In this document: piece by piece, positions 36,801 to 50,001 of the stretch
How positions within the stretch are numbered: position 1 is the first letter of the stretch
Layout: each line of letters starts with the position of its first letter
NCBI RefSeq assembly: GCF_003704095.1
Contig: NW_020845533.1
Coordinates: 310,001-374,000, forward strand
Origin: Pocillopora damicornis
Lineage: Eukaryota
DNA: 64,000 bases
Reading direction: 5' to 3'
Program-made: the position numbers and the translations under genes
The notes under the pieces: model-generated
Databases searched by the model: none
What the model was told of the DNA's origin: nothing
What the model saw: the letters and a program-made list of their open reading frames with translations, nothing else

Positions 36801-38923
36801 TCATGGCCACAAGTCGCACAAGTGATCATGTTGAAATAAGTAAGTTTATAAATTTTACTCGGCCATGATGTAAAACATGAAATTGTACGTCAGTAAAAAC
36901 CGTTCCAGTTTTTAGTATTCCTAGAAAGTAAACAGAAAATCAGCTAAAAGAAGAGATCCCGGTAAGAGTATCACCATAATCTGTGGTTTACGTTGAAAGA
37001 TAAAATGAAAGATGTAAGAGATACGCAGTTATTTGTTCTCTCTTTTTTTTTACATTTTGTAAAGAAAGAATGTTGATCTTGTGAATGCAAATTAAGTGAA
37101 GTAAAAAAGCAAAATGCTGTCAGTCTTGGCAACTTCTGGCACTTCTATTTAAGACTGAATTTTCTTCCCCACTTTATCGGTGGTGGAAGAAACATTTGTT
37201 AAAATACAACATAATATGTACATATAGATAAAATGAAAAATCGTTATTTAACCTGAGCGCTCTATGTTAAGGATCATGATTTTGTTCAAAATATAAAGTA
37301 TTCAATAAAATCGGCTCTATGTCTTAATTCGCATTGATATAAACACGTCGTGCACGGACTTCTTCAAATTATTCAGTAATCAAAACAGTGCATATCGAAA
37401 ACCAAGTAAACCTGTCCAACAATAAAGAAAGATCTTGGCAGCATGTAAAACTACGGAATCATTTTTAAGGTAAGGAAAGGAGAGATTCAGAATTTTAGAA
37501 AGTTGTAAGAGATGGTCATTTTAATCCAAGAAACTTCAGTTTAAACATTTAAGCCCCATGGAATATCAATCACAGCATCCCTTAAAAAAATCTTGTTTAA
37601 TAACTTTCATTCACAACTCGTCTGATTTGGTCGTCATCCACTTGCGAAAACCTGTTCGATCGTGTCGCATGTAAAAACAAAACATTTGCTGTTTTTAAGG
37701 TGGCTGCTATCGATAATCCCGCATTGGAATTTCATCAACAGACAACGCGTGTGCCAGTTAGACATACGACCCGGGAATTGACAAGAGCGATCGCACCACG
37801 GACACTTGATACAACGATTGACAATATAATTTGTGTCAGCCAAGGAAAACTACCTCTCAGGATGGTATATAAGTTAATTACCACAAGGACACCGTATATT
37901 TTGCGATAAAAAAACGACGACTAAATATCTTAGGAATGATTGGATTGCGCACCACCCTGAGAGAACTTTGCACCAAAAAATCCTCATTGTTGCACCCAAA
38001 ATAGATCGTCTGACGCTTGATAAGGAATGTTAAACTAAATTGTTACAGAGATTTTGATGAAACAAGCTTAATAGAAAATTCATAGATAGGTGTCTTATTT
38101 TTCCTTGGAGAACCATTATTCAAATTTCCTGGTATCACATAGGTTTCACAGACTTATCCTAACGGAAACATTCCGATCTAAACAAAACAAAATTCATAAT
38201 ATCTCGAACAAGTTTGAGTTTTAACTATCTCCAATACATTTTTTTTAGATATAGTTCTGCGAACGAGGGGTACAATACAATACTACTGGAAAAAACAAAG
38301 AGATCCTTAATATCTCAGTCGAGATTATTCTTATCATACACACTGACCTCTCAGTTAGTAAAAAGTTAGTCATTATGAAAGAAATCACAGTCGAATTTAT
38401 CCTGTGCACTATCATCAGATATGACAACTCGTTGAACAAATAAATTAATGGAGATTCGATAGGAACAGCTGGCGAACAATAAATGCATTACCATACGTAA
38501 TTCTAAAATAGTCTTTCTTTCATTGCTATCATTATTCTTTTAATAGTACCTTTCATGCAATGAAATCCTCATACATAGCTAGGAAAAGATAGTGTTGTTG
38601 TTTTATTCTTGTTCAAAGGGTTGTGAGCAGCGAATATTTCATGTGTTTAAGTTTTACGACTTTCCATTACCTTGTGCTGTTGCCAGAAATCCATTGCACC
38701 TCACCAACCGTCCAATTTCGTGTGCGAACTGTAAGATGATAAGAATATTTTCAGATAACTGAATAATGTTCTTAACAGGTTAAAAGGACACTATTTATGG
38801 AACGTTTTTCCATACTGAAGTTGTTTGAAACACAGTCGCTCTTTGTACGTGTGTTGTTTACAGAGCGTATTGCGCGTATGTTTAGAATCGTTTGCTCTAC
38901 ATACTTCAAAACATTACTGGGGT

Positions 38924-38960
38924 AATTACTAGGGCAATTACTAGGGCAATTACTAGGGCA
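38924..38960. repeat. 12-bp tandem repeat (aattactagggc) x3
   Basis: Directly visible. Confidence 0.85.
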
Positions 38961-41512
38961 GTTACAGACTCGTTTTACGAGAATACCTCACGGTTTTCAG
39001 TGAAGTCTTGAAAGTTTCTGTCTCCTTCTGCGTATTTTCTTGTTTTAAGGTGACTCACTCACCTCACTTTCCAGGACAGCTTTGTTTTATAGGGTACTAC
39101 TGTATTTGAGACACTAGAGCATGCATGTGAGATGAAATATTTCCTAGTTTGACATCGATGAACTGAGCACATCTTAGGAATATGAACTGAAAGTCTTTTC
39201 GACATGCAATCATTGCTTGGATTATGTGACGATGAGAATTCATAATTCACCCTTAACTCAGATCTTAGAGGGACAGAAATGATAACAAAGGAATTTTACT
39301 GACCCGAGGTCGGATTTAATATGTCGTATTTCTTTGGCAACTGAAGGATTTGACTTACAACCGTAAGTTAGAAAACTATTTCGTGATCCAGTCACGATTG
39401 TACTAAGTAACTAAGGACTTGAGGAAAAATACCTTTAATCCCTGAATTGATTCATACCTTAACCTTATAATGAGGTATCAAGACCCTTAAAAATTAATGA
39501 CTTGATTTATATCCTTTAATGTTTGTGGCTAACAAGAGAGATTTTCATTCAGTGATTACACCCTGGAGGGAAACTTCGAAAAAAGGGGCTAAATTCAGCA
39601 TCGGTAGAGCGTAAGAGTATAGAAACTGATTAAGATGTAGAAAAACTGGCTCAAAGTCACACGTGTTGCCGAGGACCGGTAGACAGTTAATTATATTAAT
39701 AGTTAGAGTACTTTTGTGACTCAGAGAAGTTAAGTACCATTCTGTAAAAGGGTAAGTAAGTTTTAAGTGAAATAGAATTTATTGAACTGATGAAAGAATA
39801 TGCATCGCTGTTAGTCTGCTCTTTTAAGCTTGTTTGCTAGGTGATAAAATTTTTAACTTTTGTCTTCAGGAAGGTCAGATCAATTTTGAACTCACCTTTC
39901 CAACCTGTATAACTATCGAAAAATTTGTTTATCAGTAATTCTTTACAATAGTTTTGGACATTGATTAACACATTTGACATATACTCAAAGGAATTTTGAG
40001 AAACGTGCAAATAAACATAACGTCCTTTTCGCTCTTGATAGACGCACAGTAAGATATACCATTAATGAAACCAGATAGGGCATTAAAGATTTGATATATG
40101 GCGTCTGTTTACATCATAAAGAAGGGATTACGAGGACATTCTTACAAGGAAAGTAACAATAAAAGCCTTAAGTTTAGAGCAGAGTCAACCTGCTAACCGT
40201 TCAAGCTGCTACATTTTGATTAGAGAAACTATACAGTTATTGATTTTAAGTTCGATGATAAGGGGATTAGACCATTTTCGGGATAATCATTAGCCTTGCT
40301 GTTTCTTTGCTTAGCTTATTTGCAGGTTCATATCGTAGAAACGATGCGTGGGCGTTTTTGCGGAAGCACTGCATTGGGAGCTCAGGCGTTGAGTGACTAC
40401 TGATAATGTTATTTTAAAACAATTTTTGACTTAAGTGTATCGGCTTTTCTAGTTGTAAGACAACACGTCGCCTTTCTTCGTGATAGCTTAGCTAGGCTAA
40501 GTGCCCTTCTTATGAGCAGTCGGCCGACACCCTGGATAAAAAAATTAAACACATGCCAAGCATTTATTCTCCCTCTCAAAGGCGTCTGAGTCTAAAAATA
40601 GGCCTTGCGTTTCTTACGGCAAGTGATCGAATAATTTCCTCGGTAGTGAATCAACGCTCGTTTGCTGTTCGATACGACGATATTTTGAGTCTAATGTAAT
40701 GTAATGACTTTGATTTTTATGTTACCATAGAGAAAGCACATTAAGTAATCTATACATACTACAAGTAGGAATTACAATGTCATTTAGCCAGAAACGTTTC
40801 ACGTGTGCCTGAAAAGAGTTTAATGCCTTCACTTTACTCTTATGCTAATACAATTAAGCATAATAGGTAGCATTAGGCGGTATTACATATTCAGTCTGAA
40901 CAAGTGGGTAACAAAATTTGCTCGTTCCGCAATGTTTGCAGTTTTTAGCCATTTCTAATGTATTGTAGAATGCTTTCTGGCTGCTAATATTTTCAGTAGA
41001 AACAACAAGGAATAGAATGCATTAAAATCAACGTAATAAAGAATTCTGGCCATCTTATTAGCTTCCTTTTCTTTTTAAATGCTTTAATGGTTTCGCAAAT
41101 TTTCAGCGGGTCACTAGTTTTTCTTAAATCATTTCCAAAGTTCACGTTACAGACAGTCGGCGTCAGAAAAAGAAATTCAATGGCTTGCTTTGACATCTAC
41201 TTCTACTTAATACCTTGCGTGTGTGCATTTTTGGTACGTACAAATCTTGTTTACGACATGTCACTCCCACTGAAGTGCACGGAGAAAATGTATCACAGTT
41301 CAACAAACTGTTTCACCTACACTAACAAATTGGTCTCAACAGTACGTGATTGGAACGAGTTTTGATTTACTTTCTGCGTATTGTATACAGGAAACCCTTA
41401 GGTTTTGGCGAAACCACTCGTTTGATGATTTGAGTAACTCTGAACGTGTGCCAACCGCTAAGGAACACTTAAGGGCGTGAGCACAAGTTCACCTCGGAAA
41501 CCTGAACTTAAC

Positions 41513-41863
41513 ATGCATGCACTATCTTTGACTGCTCTTGCCTTGAACATAGTCTTAGCAATAATTTTCAGCAGCGCAGGAGAAGAAAGGTTACATGAAA
41601 ACGCAGTTCCAATCATTTCTATGGGTAAATTGAGCGCAGGCAAACTATGCCGTTTTTCCCCTCAATTTTGGTCTTTTTCATTTCGATTTGTTCTAGAATT
41701 GCGCGCGATTGAAATTGACCCTACAGACCCACCCAAGGTCACAGATGTCACAGCAACTGAAAGAAGGATTTCGTCAGCTAAACGATCTCAATGCAGCACC
41801 AGACCTAGCCTTACAAGATTTAGACGAGGAATGCGCAGGTTAACAGGGAACATGGGAGTTTAA
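41513..41863 (+). CDS. Candidate small secreted prepropeptide, 2 exons (41513-41624, 41697-41863), 92 aa; possibly a pseudogene
   Basis: aacATG start; signal-like MHALSLTALALNIVLAIIFSSAG; 72-nt G|gtaaat...pyrimidine tract...ttctag intron; acidic spacer, RR/KR sites, basic C-terminus; AATAAA at 42109. Confidence 0.45.
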   Translation: MHALSLTALALNIVLAIIFSSAGEERLHENAVPIISMGKLSAGKLCRFSPQFWSFSFRFVLELRAIEIDPTDPPKVTDVTATERRISSAKRSQCSTRPSLTRFRRGMRRLTGNMGV

Positions 41864-44800
41864 AATTGCACAAGACTGAACTGGTGGGCTTTTCTGCACA
41901 GGATTTTCGGAAAAATCCATCCAATTCGAGTTTTTGCTCTCCCGTTTTTGAAGAAAGTCTTGAATTTCAGTCCGAGACTCCTGACTCACGGAAAGGAAAT
42001 CATGCTGGTTGAATGCAGTCCGACGGTTGTCGGAAAAGAGGGCTCAGACTATTGTTTTCTTCTCATTGTCTAACTCCTCGAATGAAAAAAGATTAACGAT
42101 TTATTATAAATAAAATTTATAGTTCAGTTAATTGACGATTGATCTCAAATTCTCAGCTTACGTGTCTCTCTTTTCAGTAGCCGATGTAAGATTACCAGAA
42201 TACCATTAGCTAAACTGACAAAAATTCTGAGACATCCCTCATCGTAACAATACCCTTAAAGCCGCTTTATGCTACGGAAACCAGGATAAGCTCCGTTTGA
42301 TGAACTACTTGGTTATTTGAAGACGTAATCCTTCATGGGACAAATTGACTAACACTGTTAATCGAATTGCCTAGAAATCTTCAGAAAAGATGCTATTAAA
42401 TCCCTTTGGCTATCAACTTCTTTCTTTACTTTGAGGTTAACCATTTAAACACCTAAACCCAAGGCGCCGTGAAAGAAAAAAAAACCGTTTGTAGATTTAG
42501 AAGGGTATCTTTACTGCACACTCTCAAATTCCAAGACTGACCGACATGTTAAAGCTTTGAAATTTTGAAATTCCGAGCTAAATCCGTTTTAAGTACCTTT
42601 AACCAAAAATAAACAAATGTGGGTCGCTGATTGTCGATGTACATGTAGTTAATGATAAACTATCCGCAACATGTCAGGAGACATTTCACTTTGTCGAACA
42701 TTTTCCGCATTGGCAAAGCAACATTGTCTAGTGCTTTGTTAAAATTGTTTGCTCAGAAGTACATTGACAAACCAAAAGGAGACAGACAGATTATTTTGGC
42801 TGCTGAAAATTTTTCTGGGCAGTGTGCAACCACCACACAGTGCGCGTATCTCTCAAAGCAAATGGATGTTATCTGTCGCTAATCTAGTGATTTACTGTAA
42901 TGATTTTGGCAAGTTTCTCCATGACCCAGTACAAACTCGTGAAACTATTTAAGCAATGCAACCTCTAAAAAAGTTTATTTGCGAGGGGAAGCTTTATTGA
43001 GTTACACATTTAAAATGGTTGTTTGTCAATTACTAAACACCCACGCACAAACATAGCAGGAAATCGATTCCGTTGACGTTTGTTTGCGGAAGAGGTTAAA
43101 AGAAAAGTTTGTTTGCGCTCACAAGCCATAACATATGGTAAATTTAAACTAAGAGTTTGCAGCTGTTTTCAAGTTTTAATCAGTCGATGCTCCGCCATAA
43201 CACTTTCCATGATTTGTCACTCCAATTTCGACTATCTATTAAAAAAAAAACCTTTCATATGAACAGATACAAAAGCGCGTGCTCCTAATATTAATATCTA
43301 TGCAGCTGATTCAAAAATAACAAAATTCAATATAAATGTTAAGATTTTGCTGGAAGCCTCTAGGCTTTATGCGATAAAATAGTTTATCTCATCATACAAT
43401 CAAAATTTAACCGTGTAATTATTTTTAGGTACGGCGGCAAATAGTCCCCTAAAAGCTGATAATTTCGTTTTGCCTTTCCAAGGTGATTAGTCTACAGATG
43501 TAAAACTGATTGACAAGCTTAGGGAAATGAGTGTGTTGCAACCCAAAGTGCATGTAATTTCCAAACCAGTTTAGTAACAGTGGATGACTAATTCATACCA
43601 CAACCAACATTTTCTACTTTAGTAGTTTGCATTTCCTTCGCATTGAAAGAGTATTTACTACCTAAAACTCCTGCATCCGTGAACTAGAAACATGACCCTC
43701 GAAGTCTTCGCTAAATCGCGTACAGGCCTTATAGATAATGGCTCGCTAAAGAACCCTGTAGCCAATTTTTCTTATCTTTGTGGGCGATTTTATAAGCTTC
43801 TGTGGGAAGTAAAAGACATAAAATTTTATAGAATTATAAAAAGACGTGCGCAGGAATTCACTCCCCTGGTCACGAAACACTCATCAAATCTATACACAAA
43901 AATTGCCCGGCACGTATAACACTCGAACGCATTGCATTTCTGTTTGACGAGGTTTTAAATCAAACGGTCATTAAGATCCTACATGGGTCAAGAATTTCCA
44001 CCTTAAAAGTCGTTTTTCAGACATTTAATGCAGAGTAGTTCGAATTAGTGCCATCATCTGCTAAAGTTGGGGTAAGTGTTGGAATCCGGAGTATTAAGAT
44101 TCCTTTAGTCTGATTTTGTGAACATGTATCTATTAGCACTGACATCGTAGCCTGATGAGATTTGTAAAATGATGCAGGCTGATACCAGCTCTGACCTCTT
44201 TTCATTAGTGGGGTTTAAGCTTACAAGAGCCTATTTTGAATAAAATATCGCTAATTCCTTAATCTCTGGGGACCTATCATTATTCGTTTAGTCGAATTTT
44301 GCCATGAAATTTTCAACAATACGCCGTTTGCATTGTACCTTGGTGACAAAGAAATATATTTTCCTATTAACATCAAAGATGAATGTGTTGACAGTCAAAG
44401 GCTGTACACTATGACAGGCAAGAGAAATAATAAACTGATTTTAATGAGATTAAAGAAAACTGGCAACGACCTGTTGATGATAAGGGGAGTGCAGTGTTTA
44501 GCTATCACCTCCCAAACTATTAGCAGACATTCTCGACAAATAATACGACTAGTTACCCAACGAGTGCGGCGGGTAATGGGATGAGTAGGAAATTTCAAGA
44601 ACCGGAAATTGCAATCACCTCTTGATTGAGAGATTAGTGGTTTATATGGTTAGCCCTGTCAAAATCAGCTCGCCGGTGAAACACTTCCAAGGAGATCAAG
44701 AGGCCTGCACAACAATATAAAGACAATAAATTAGACATGTGATCCGATGAAAGGTTGCGTACATGTGATTGGTCAATTCATCGGTTTATTGACAGCCTTT

Positions 44801-44962
44801 GCGCTTGTGTACAATCCTCTTTGTTAAAATGCTTCGATCTCACGAGGTGGTAATCAAACTGTTTCCTGCGCTTATGAGCTTATGAGCTGTGCAAACAGGT
44901 TTTGTGTTAATTTTCCAACTCATCGTCATCAGACCAGAGCACTAGTCAATGCTCGTGCTAAA

Positions 44963-47181
44963 ATGGCCGGATTTTCCTGCAGCGCAATTTTAGCACTCTA
45001 TCTAACCGCGATAACGTTTCCTGAAGGAGACGCTCTGAGCGTGAACCGTGATAAAGCTACTACATCGCCTAGTAGTAACACGTCGCTAGCACATGTTAAA
45101 ACTCCGACGTCAATTCCCACTTCAAATGGATATGTGCAAGATCAGAAACCGACCGCCAGTGGAAACAACGACCTATATACCGAGGATTCAGATATGTACA
45201 AATTGAGAATCGAGATTATCAAAGCCAAAATACTTAAAAAACTTCAAATGGACAAACAACCAGTCGTCCACATAGAAAAAACAAAGGACAAAATGATCGC
45301 AGACCTTCTTTTAAGTTTAAATCTTATTGATATGAATGACGATGACAGTGAAACGGAAGAGTACGAAGACAGAAAGTATGACAAGACGAGCAAACTCATT
45401 GTTTTCGGCGAAAAAGGTAAGAGGAACAATTTTGCGTGCTCTAAGGGGTAGATACGAAGTCGCATTTTGTCATGTTTCTCCACAGATTATTTCCATCAAG
45501 GTCATGGTCCGGCTTTCAAGTTTTGCCTTTGTTTTCAGGACGTTTTGATACCGGCATGGTCAAGAGGGCAGCAGTTAAAATATTTCAGCATATTTCTTGT
45601 CAATTCACTCGTCACCGCAGACAGTAACAGAGCAAAGTTCAAGAGCTAATGTTGCAACAACTTCATAATTACACAAAATGCTGCCTTGACGTTCTAGATA
45701 TTAGTTCTCGGCACCTCATGCGGTGTTAACTGAAATAACGTGTTTTGTTTTGAATTCTGCTTCTAAGTTAATGGTCATTGTGTTACGAACATTGGGAGGC
45801 GGAGTCGCTCTATATGTCCTTTCACAACCGCTCAGAGAGTGCTTTGGAAATTGTTTTAGTCCTGTCACGTAGGTTTATTGCAAAATATGGAGGGAGAGTG
45901 AACCAATTTTCGTCATTCCTTACTTCATTAAAACCTTGCATCGGTAGCTTGTAGTTTATCTTCAACTAAGGACACGGAATCTTAGAAACATGTGCCATTC
46001 TACCATCTCACATTAACAAAATTATCCAGACAGTACCTATGAAAGAATGTCAAACTTTATATAAAAGGAGGGGCACTAGGAACAATTGGTATTAATTCAA
46101 ACAACAGTTAATAGCAGGTGAAACAATAGGATGCATGCAAATAATCAAAACCTTCAATGTTTTCATATTTGACAAGTATGTGGTATACAAACGTTCTAAA
46201 GAGGCATACAAAAAAATTCACATGGGCTAGCTTTAATTTTTTCGCTGCTAACTGATTGATGATCAAATATCCCTTCTAATTATGTTACAAAACTATATTT
46301 AACTTAGTCTAATGAATTACCCGCTTTCTTTCTCTTCAATTTTAGCTAAACTTTCACCTTCGAAATCAAAGCGCAAATTTTCCGAGAAGTTGATTTTCCA
46401 GTTTAGAATTGAGCCAAAATCGCTGTCCAGTTTAGTGCCCTCTGCGTTTCTGTGGGTTCATAAACGGAAAAGCAGACAACACGAGCTAAGGAAGAAAACA
46501 CTTCACATTTATGCACATGACAAAGAGTCACCCAGAGGCACCTCCAAAGTACCAATCCGCAGAACGACGAAGACCAAGTTAAAATCAAAACGAACTGGCT
46601 CAGGATGGGAAATGATAGACGTGAAAGAAATCGTTCGGCACTGGTTTAACAAGACAGCTAACCAATACGATGCTGGCAATGGAACTGGCAATGGAACCGA
46701 CAATGGCGTACAGGCCTTAGAAATCTCTTGCCTGGACTGTGATTCGAACGTTAGTCAGCTAATCAACTCGCGAGGCAGACTACGGCCATTTCTCGTTATC
46801 GACTTAGAGAAGCCAAGAACACTGAAGAGGAAAAAACGCGAAGATAACGGTTGCCCTGCCGGGCAAGCAGTATCGTGCTGTCGCCGCACTTTTTACGTGG
46901 ATTTCGTCAAAATTGGCTGGGATTGGGTAATACATCCGCAGGGATTCTATGCCAATTTCTGTGAAGGTTCTTGTGACAGCCTTCATACGAGAGTTACTAG
47001 TGAACGAGCCATCATACTGCAAGAGGCGGCAAAAAAAAACCTGGGTCCACCTGCTTACACTGGTAGTTGTTGCTCCCCCACAAAAATGTTGCCCTTTTCA
47101 ATGCTGTACTGGGACGATGAGTATAACATTGCAAAAAAGGACCTACAAGATTTGAAAGTTAAAGAATGTGGCTGCTCTTAA
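44963..47181 (+). CDS. Activin / inhibin-beta-like TGF-beta family ligand precursor, 2 exons (44963-45416, 46346-47181), 429 aa
   Basis: Signal peptide MAGFSCSAILALYLTAITFPEGDA; prodomain LRIEIIKAKILKKLQM, GSGWEMIDVKEIVRHWF, RPFLVI; furin site RKKR (46828-46839); 113-aa mature domain with 9 Cys (CCRRTFYVDFVKIGWDW...FCEGSC...CCSPTKM..SMLYWDDEYNI...ECGCS). Confidence 0.95.
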
Positions 47182-49799
47182 AATGCAAAGGAAGACATAA
47201 GTAGAGCCATTGACATCCGCAGACGCGTTTAGCTTATTGAGTCTGAAGGTAACAAGGCTGTTTGAAAGTTAGCTATCTATTTTTGAAGCAAATTTTTTGA
47301 CGTGGGATGTTGGATGTTTAGATTTAAGATGAGAAAAAAAAAGGTGACTTTAGTCTTCATATATAAATTCCTCAAAAGAGTACAGAAGAGAAATATGATA
47401 GCCTCTTCAATACCCCGAGGCATTATACCTCTGAAGTGACGATTTTATTGGTTTTGATACGTAAATACCTTGATCATTTAACCTCTTCGAATTCACGTAG
47501 AAGTGCAATGTTGCTATTTGATATCGAGCTTAATGCTCATCTAGGGCTTTGATTTATTTTTGCACGCTAAAGAAATAAACATAACTGATAGAGTAGAGTA
47601 TTTAAGACGATGAACTGACCCCTTGTAGCGCCACGTGTATGATGCCCTTCGATGGACATAAACTATTGTGATGTGATAATTTGCTAATTCCGGTGGCGCT
47701 GCGAGATAATTCGGGTGTTGATGTCCATCTCAATCACGCCTATCTTAATACCAAATTGAAACTGGAAATGGCAAATTTATCTTACAAAAGAACAACTGAT
47801 CATCGGCAAACAAGGGATATATATACATGTATGTTAGGAATGACGCTCTGTGGGGTTGTCTGAACATTGAGGTCTTCCATATGCAAAGCATTGCGGAAAA
47901 CCATTACTAAATGTATCACTTTGCATGCAAAGTAGGTTTCTAAAACCATTGTTTAAGGATGGTTGAAAAGACAAATTGAAAGCAGAAGCAATATCAAAAC
48001 CCTGTTGATCAATACTGATTGTTGAGAAATAATTGTTAGACCAGGAGTAAGGGAAGGGGGTTGATGGCTGACTCCTAACATTGAAATTCTCCGTCTGAAA
48101 TACTACCTAATTCAAGTTTATGGTTCTTAATTCGGTAGCGGTTTCATATCATTTGAGAAGGAAGGGCTAACAAATTTTTTTCAGGTGATAGGTGGTTAAT
48201 ACCCAAAAAGTTCAGTAACACTTCCCCAACCAACGGACCTTTGCGAGGAAACCGTCTTCCTATGAAAGACAAAGAACCCAAGTCTGACTTAGAGAAATAA
48301 ATATTTTGATATTTTAAACAGCCTCATTTCTTCCTGAAACCTGGCACTCAAGTGCTGTTTAATATGTTCTTAAATGCAAGGTAAAAATCTGAAAGTAGTT
48401 CTGCATTATACTACTATTAACTCACTTGTTGTGCGCTCAAAAAAGCGGCCGGCGGAATGATTTGAAATTTTTCGTAAATTTAGAGAGTATATAATGTGGC
48501 ACAGCCGTTTGAAAAAAACTTTTTGTAAGGTAACTTGGTGAGATTTTCTGTGACGAGTGTGTTAGTTTTTTTAAATTTTAGACCTGTGAGGCAACTTAGA
48601 ATGTTTAGTAGGCAAGAAAAACACACGATTTTTCAATAAAGTATTGTTTTCATCCTATAGATTCCACGAACATTTATGTTTTTCTTAACGAGGGGTAATT
48701 AGTATATTTTGGGAAGCAATGGATACCCAATTTCAGACCAGTGGACGGTCTCGTTGAAAAGTTCTTTTTTAAATGCAGGGAGGGGAGGAGAATCTTTTAG
48801 TTCCAAATTATCTATAAGAAGGAGAAAGAAAGTAAAACTAAAAGCAGCTTTCACGCCGAATGGCTTAACCTAATTAAGTCACATTCAGCCCGAGCTCGAT
48901 ATACGAGAACATCTGCACTCGATTGTCATTACGCAATAAAATTCGTGTAAGTAAAATCCTGACATTCGGAGCCAAATATCAGGAATGTAACCGAAAAATA
49001 ATTGGATATTTCGCCCCATTCGAGTGTTTCTAAGTCTTCAGTGAGGTTTTTAGGTCGAGTATGGGCTATTTAGGCGGTTTTAAGTTCCTTCGCTTTTTTA
49101 TGTACATATATTTCCCAACACAAATCTTGTTATTCTTTCTGTTGCGTAATAAAAAAGTACCGAAAGGTTTACTCATACATCGAAGTGAAGCTTCCTGTTG
49201 TTCAGTTGCAAAGGAAAAAGCGCTTTGAAGAAAGAGCGTCGCTACATACTCCAGTAAGCAATTTCCTCCTTCCCTCAAATGTATGCAGAATAGGAAGTAG
49301 GTCCACTGAATTTTCAAGCCAAACTACGCTCGTTGAGACGACTGGGTGGGGTCAACACCCAGAGAGGTGCTGTAAAAGCTTGTTGTACGGACAGTTATCA
49401 GGAACCCAAAAAGATCAATCGTCACATTAGAACAATGGCAAAACTCCCCTAATAACGCAAATGAAACACATGAACCAGTACGTGCCCCATGGGGTACACA
49501 AAAACATCACGTCCGATAGTCAGACGTTTGCCCTCAGCAATGTTTTTCAAATCCAGCAAAGTTGAAGTCGTCAAAGGTCACTAAAAATTTACTGTTGATG
49601 AGTGTCATATGAGAAGAGTTCGTTTCATTTACCAGATAACATTTAAATTCTTTAGGATCACCCTGGGAAAAAGTATCAAATTGAAATTTAAAACTGAATA
49701 GTTCGGCGGGTGTCGGAGAAAAATGTAATGTTGGATGTTTGCTTTTGATGTTCTTGAAATTCTTTTAAGAACTTAAAATAGTACCAGATTCTCTAAGAA

Positions 49800-50001
49800 T
49801 AGCCTTTTCCAGGTGCTCAGTTAGTAAAACTGATGGATATAAAAAAACGGGGCGATAGTAGTAGCAGAGCGCAAAAAAGGAAGTAGATTTGGGTCGGGTC
49901 TTGACTCGACCCAAACCTCCCCTGTTTTTTCGCCAAGTCGCTACCATCGCGCCATTTATTATCAGGCTTCGTTTTATCGATTGAGCGCCCGTAACAGGCT
50001 A
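49800..50001. mobile_element. MITE with tagcct...aggcta termini
   Basis: tagccttttccaggtgctca / tgagcgcccgtaacaggcta; internal palindrome tttgggtcgggtcttgactcgacccaaa. Confidence 0.6.

Noticed and set aside
44882-44962. Upstream in-frame ATG for the activin-like gene
   Set aside because: ATG 44963 has better context (aaaATGG) and directly precedes the signal peptide; the extension is not excluded but not needed.
1-47181. LLTP next to a TGF-beta ligand as a parallel to human APOB-GDF7 proximity
   Set aside because: GDF7 is BMP-class while this ligand is activin-class; likely coincidental without further synteny data.
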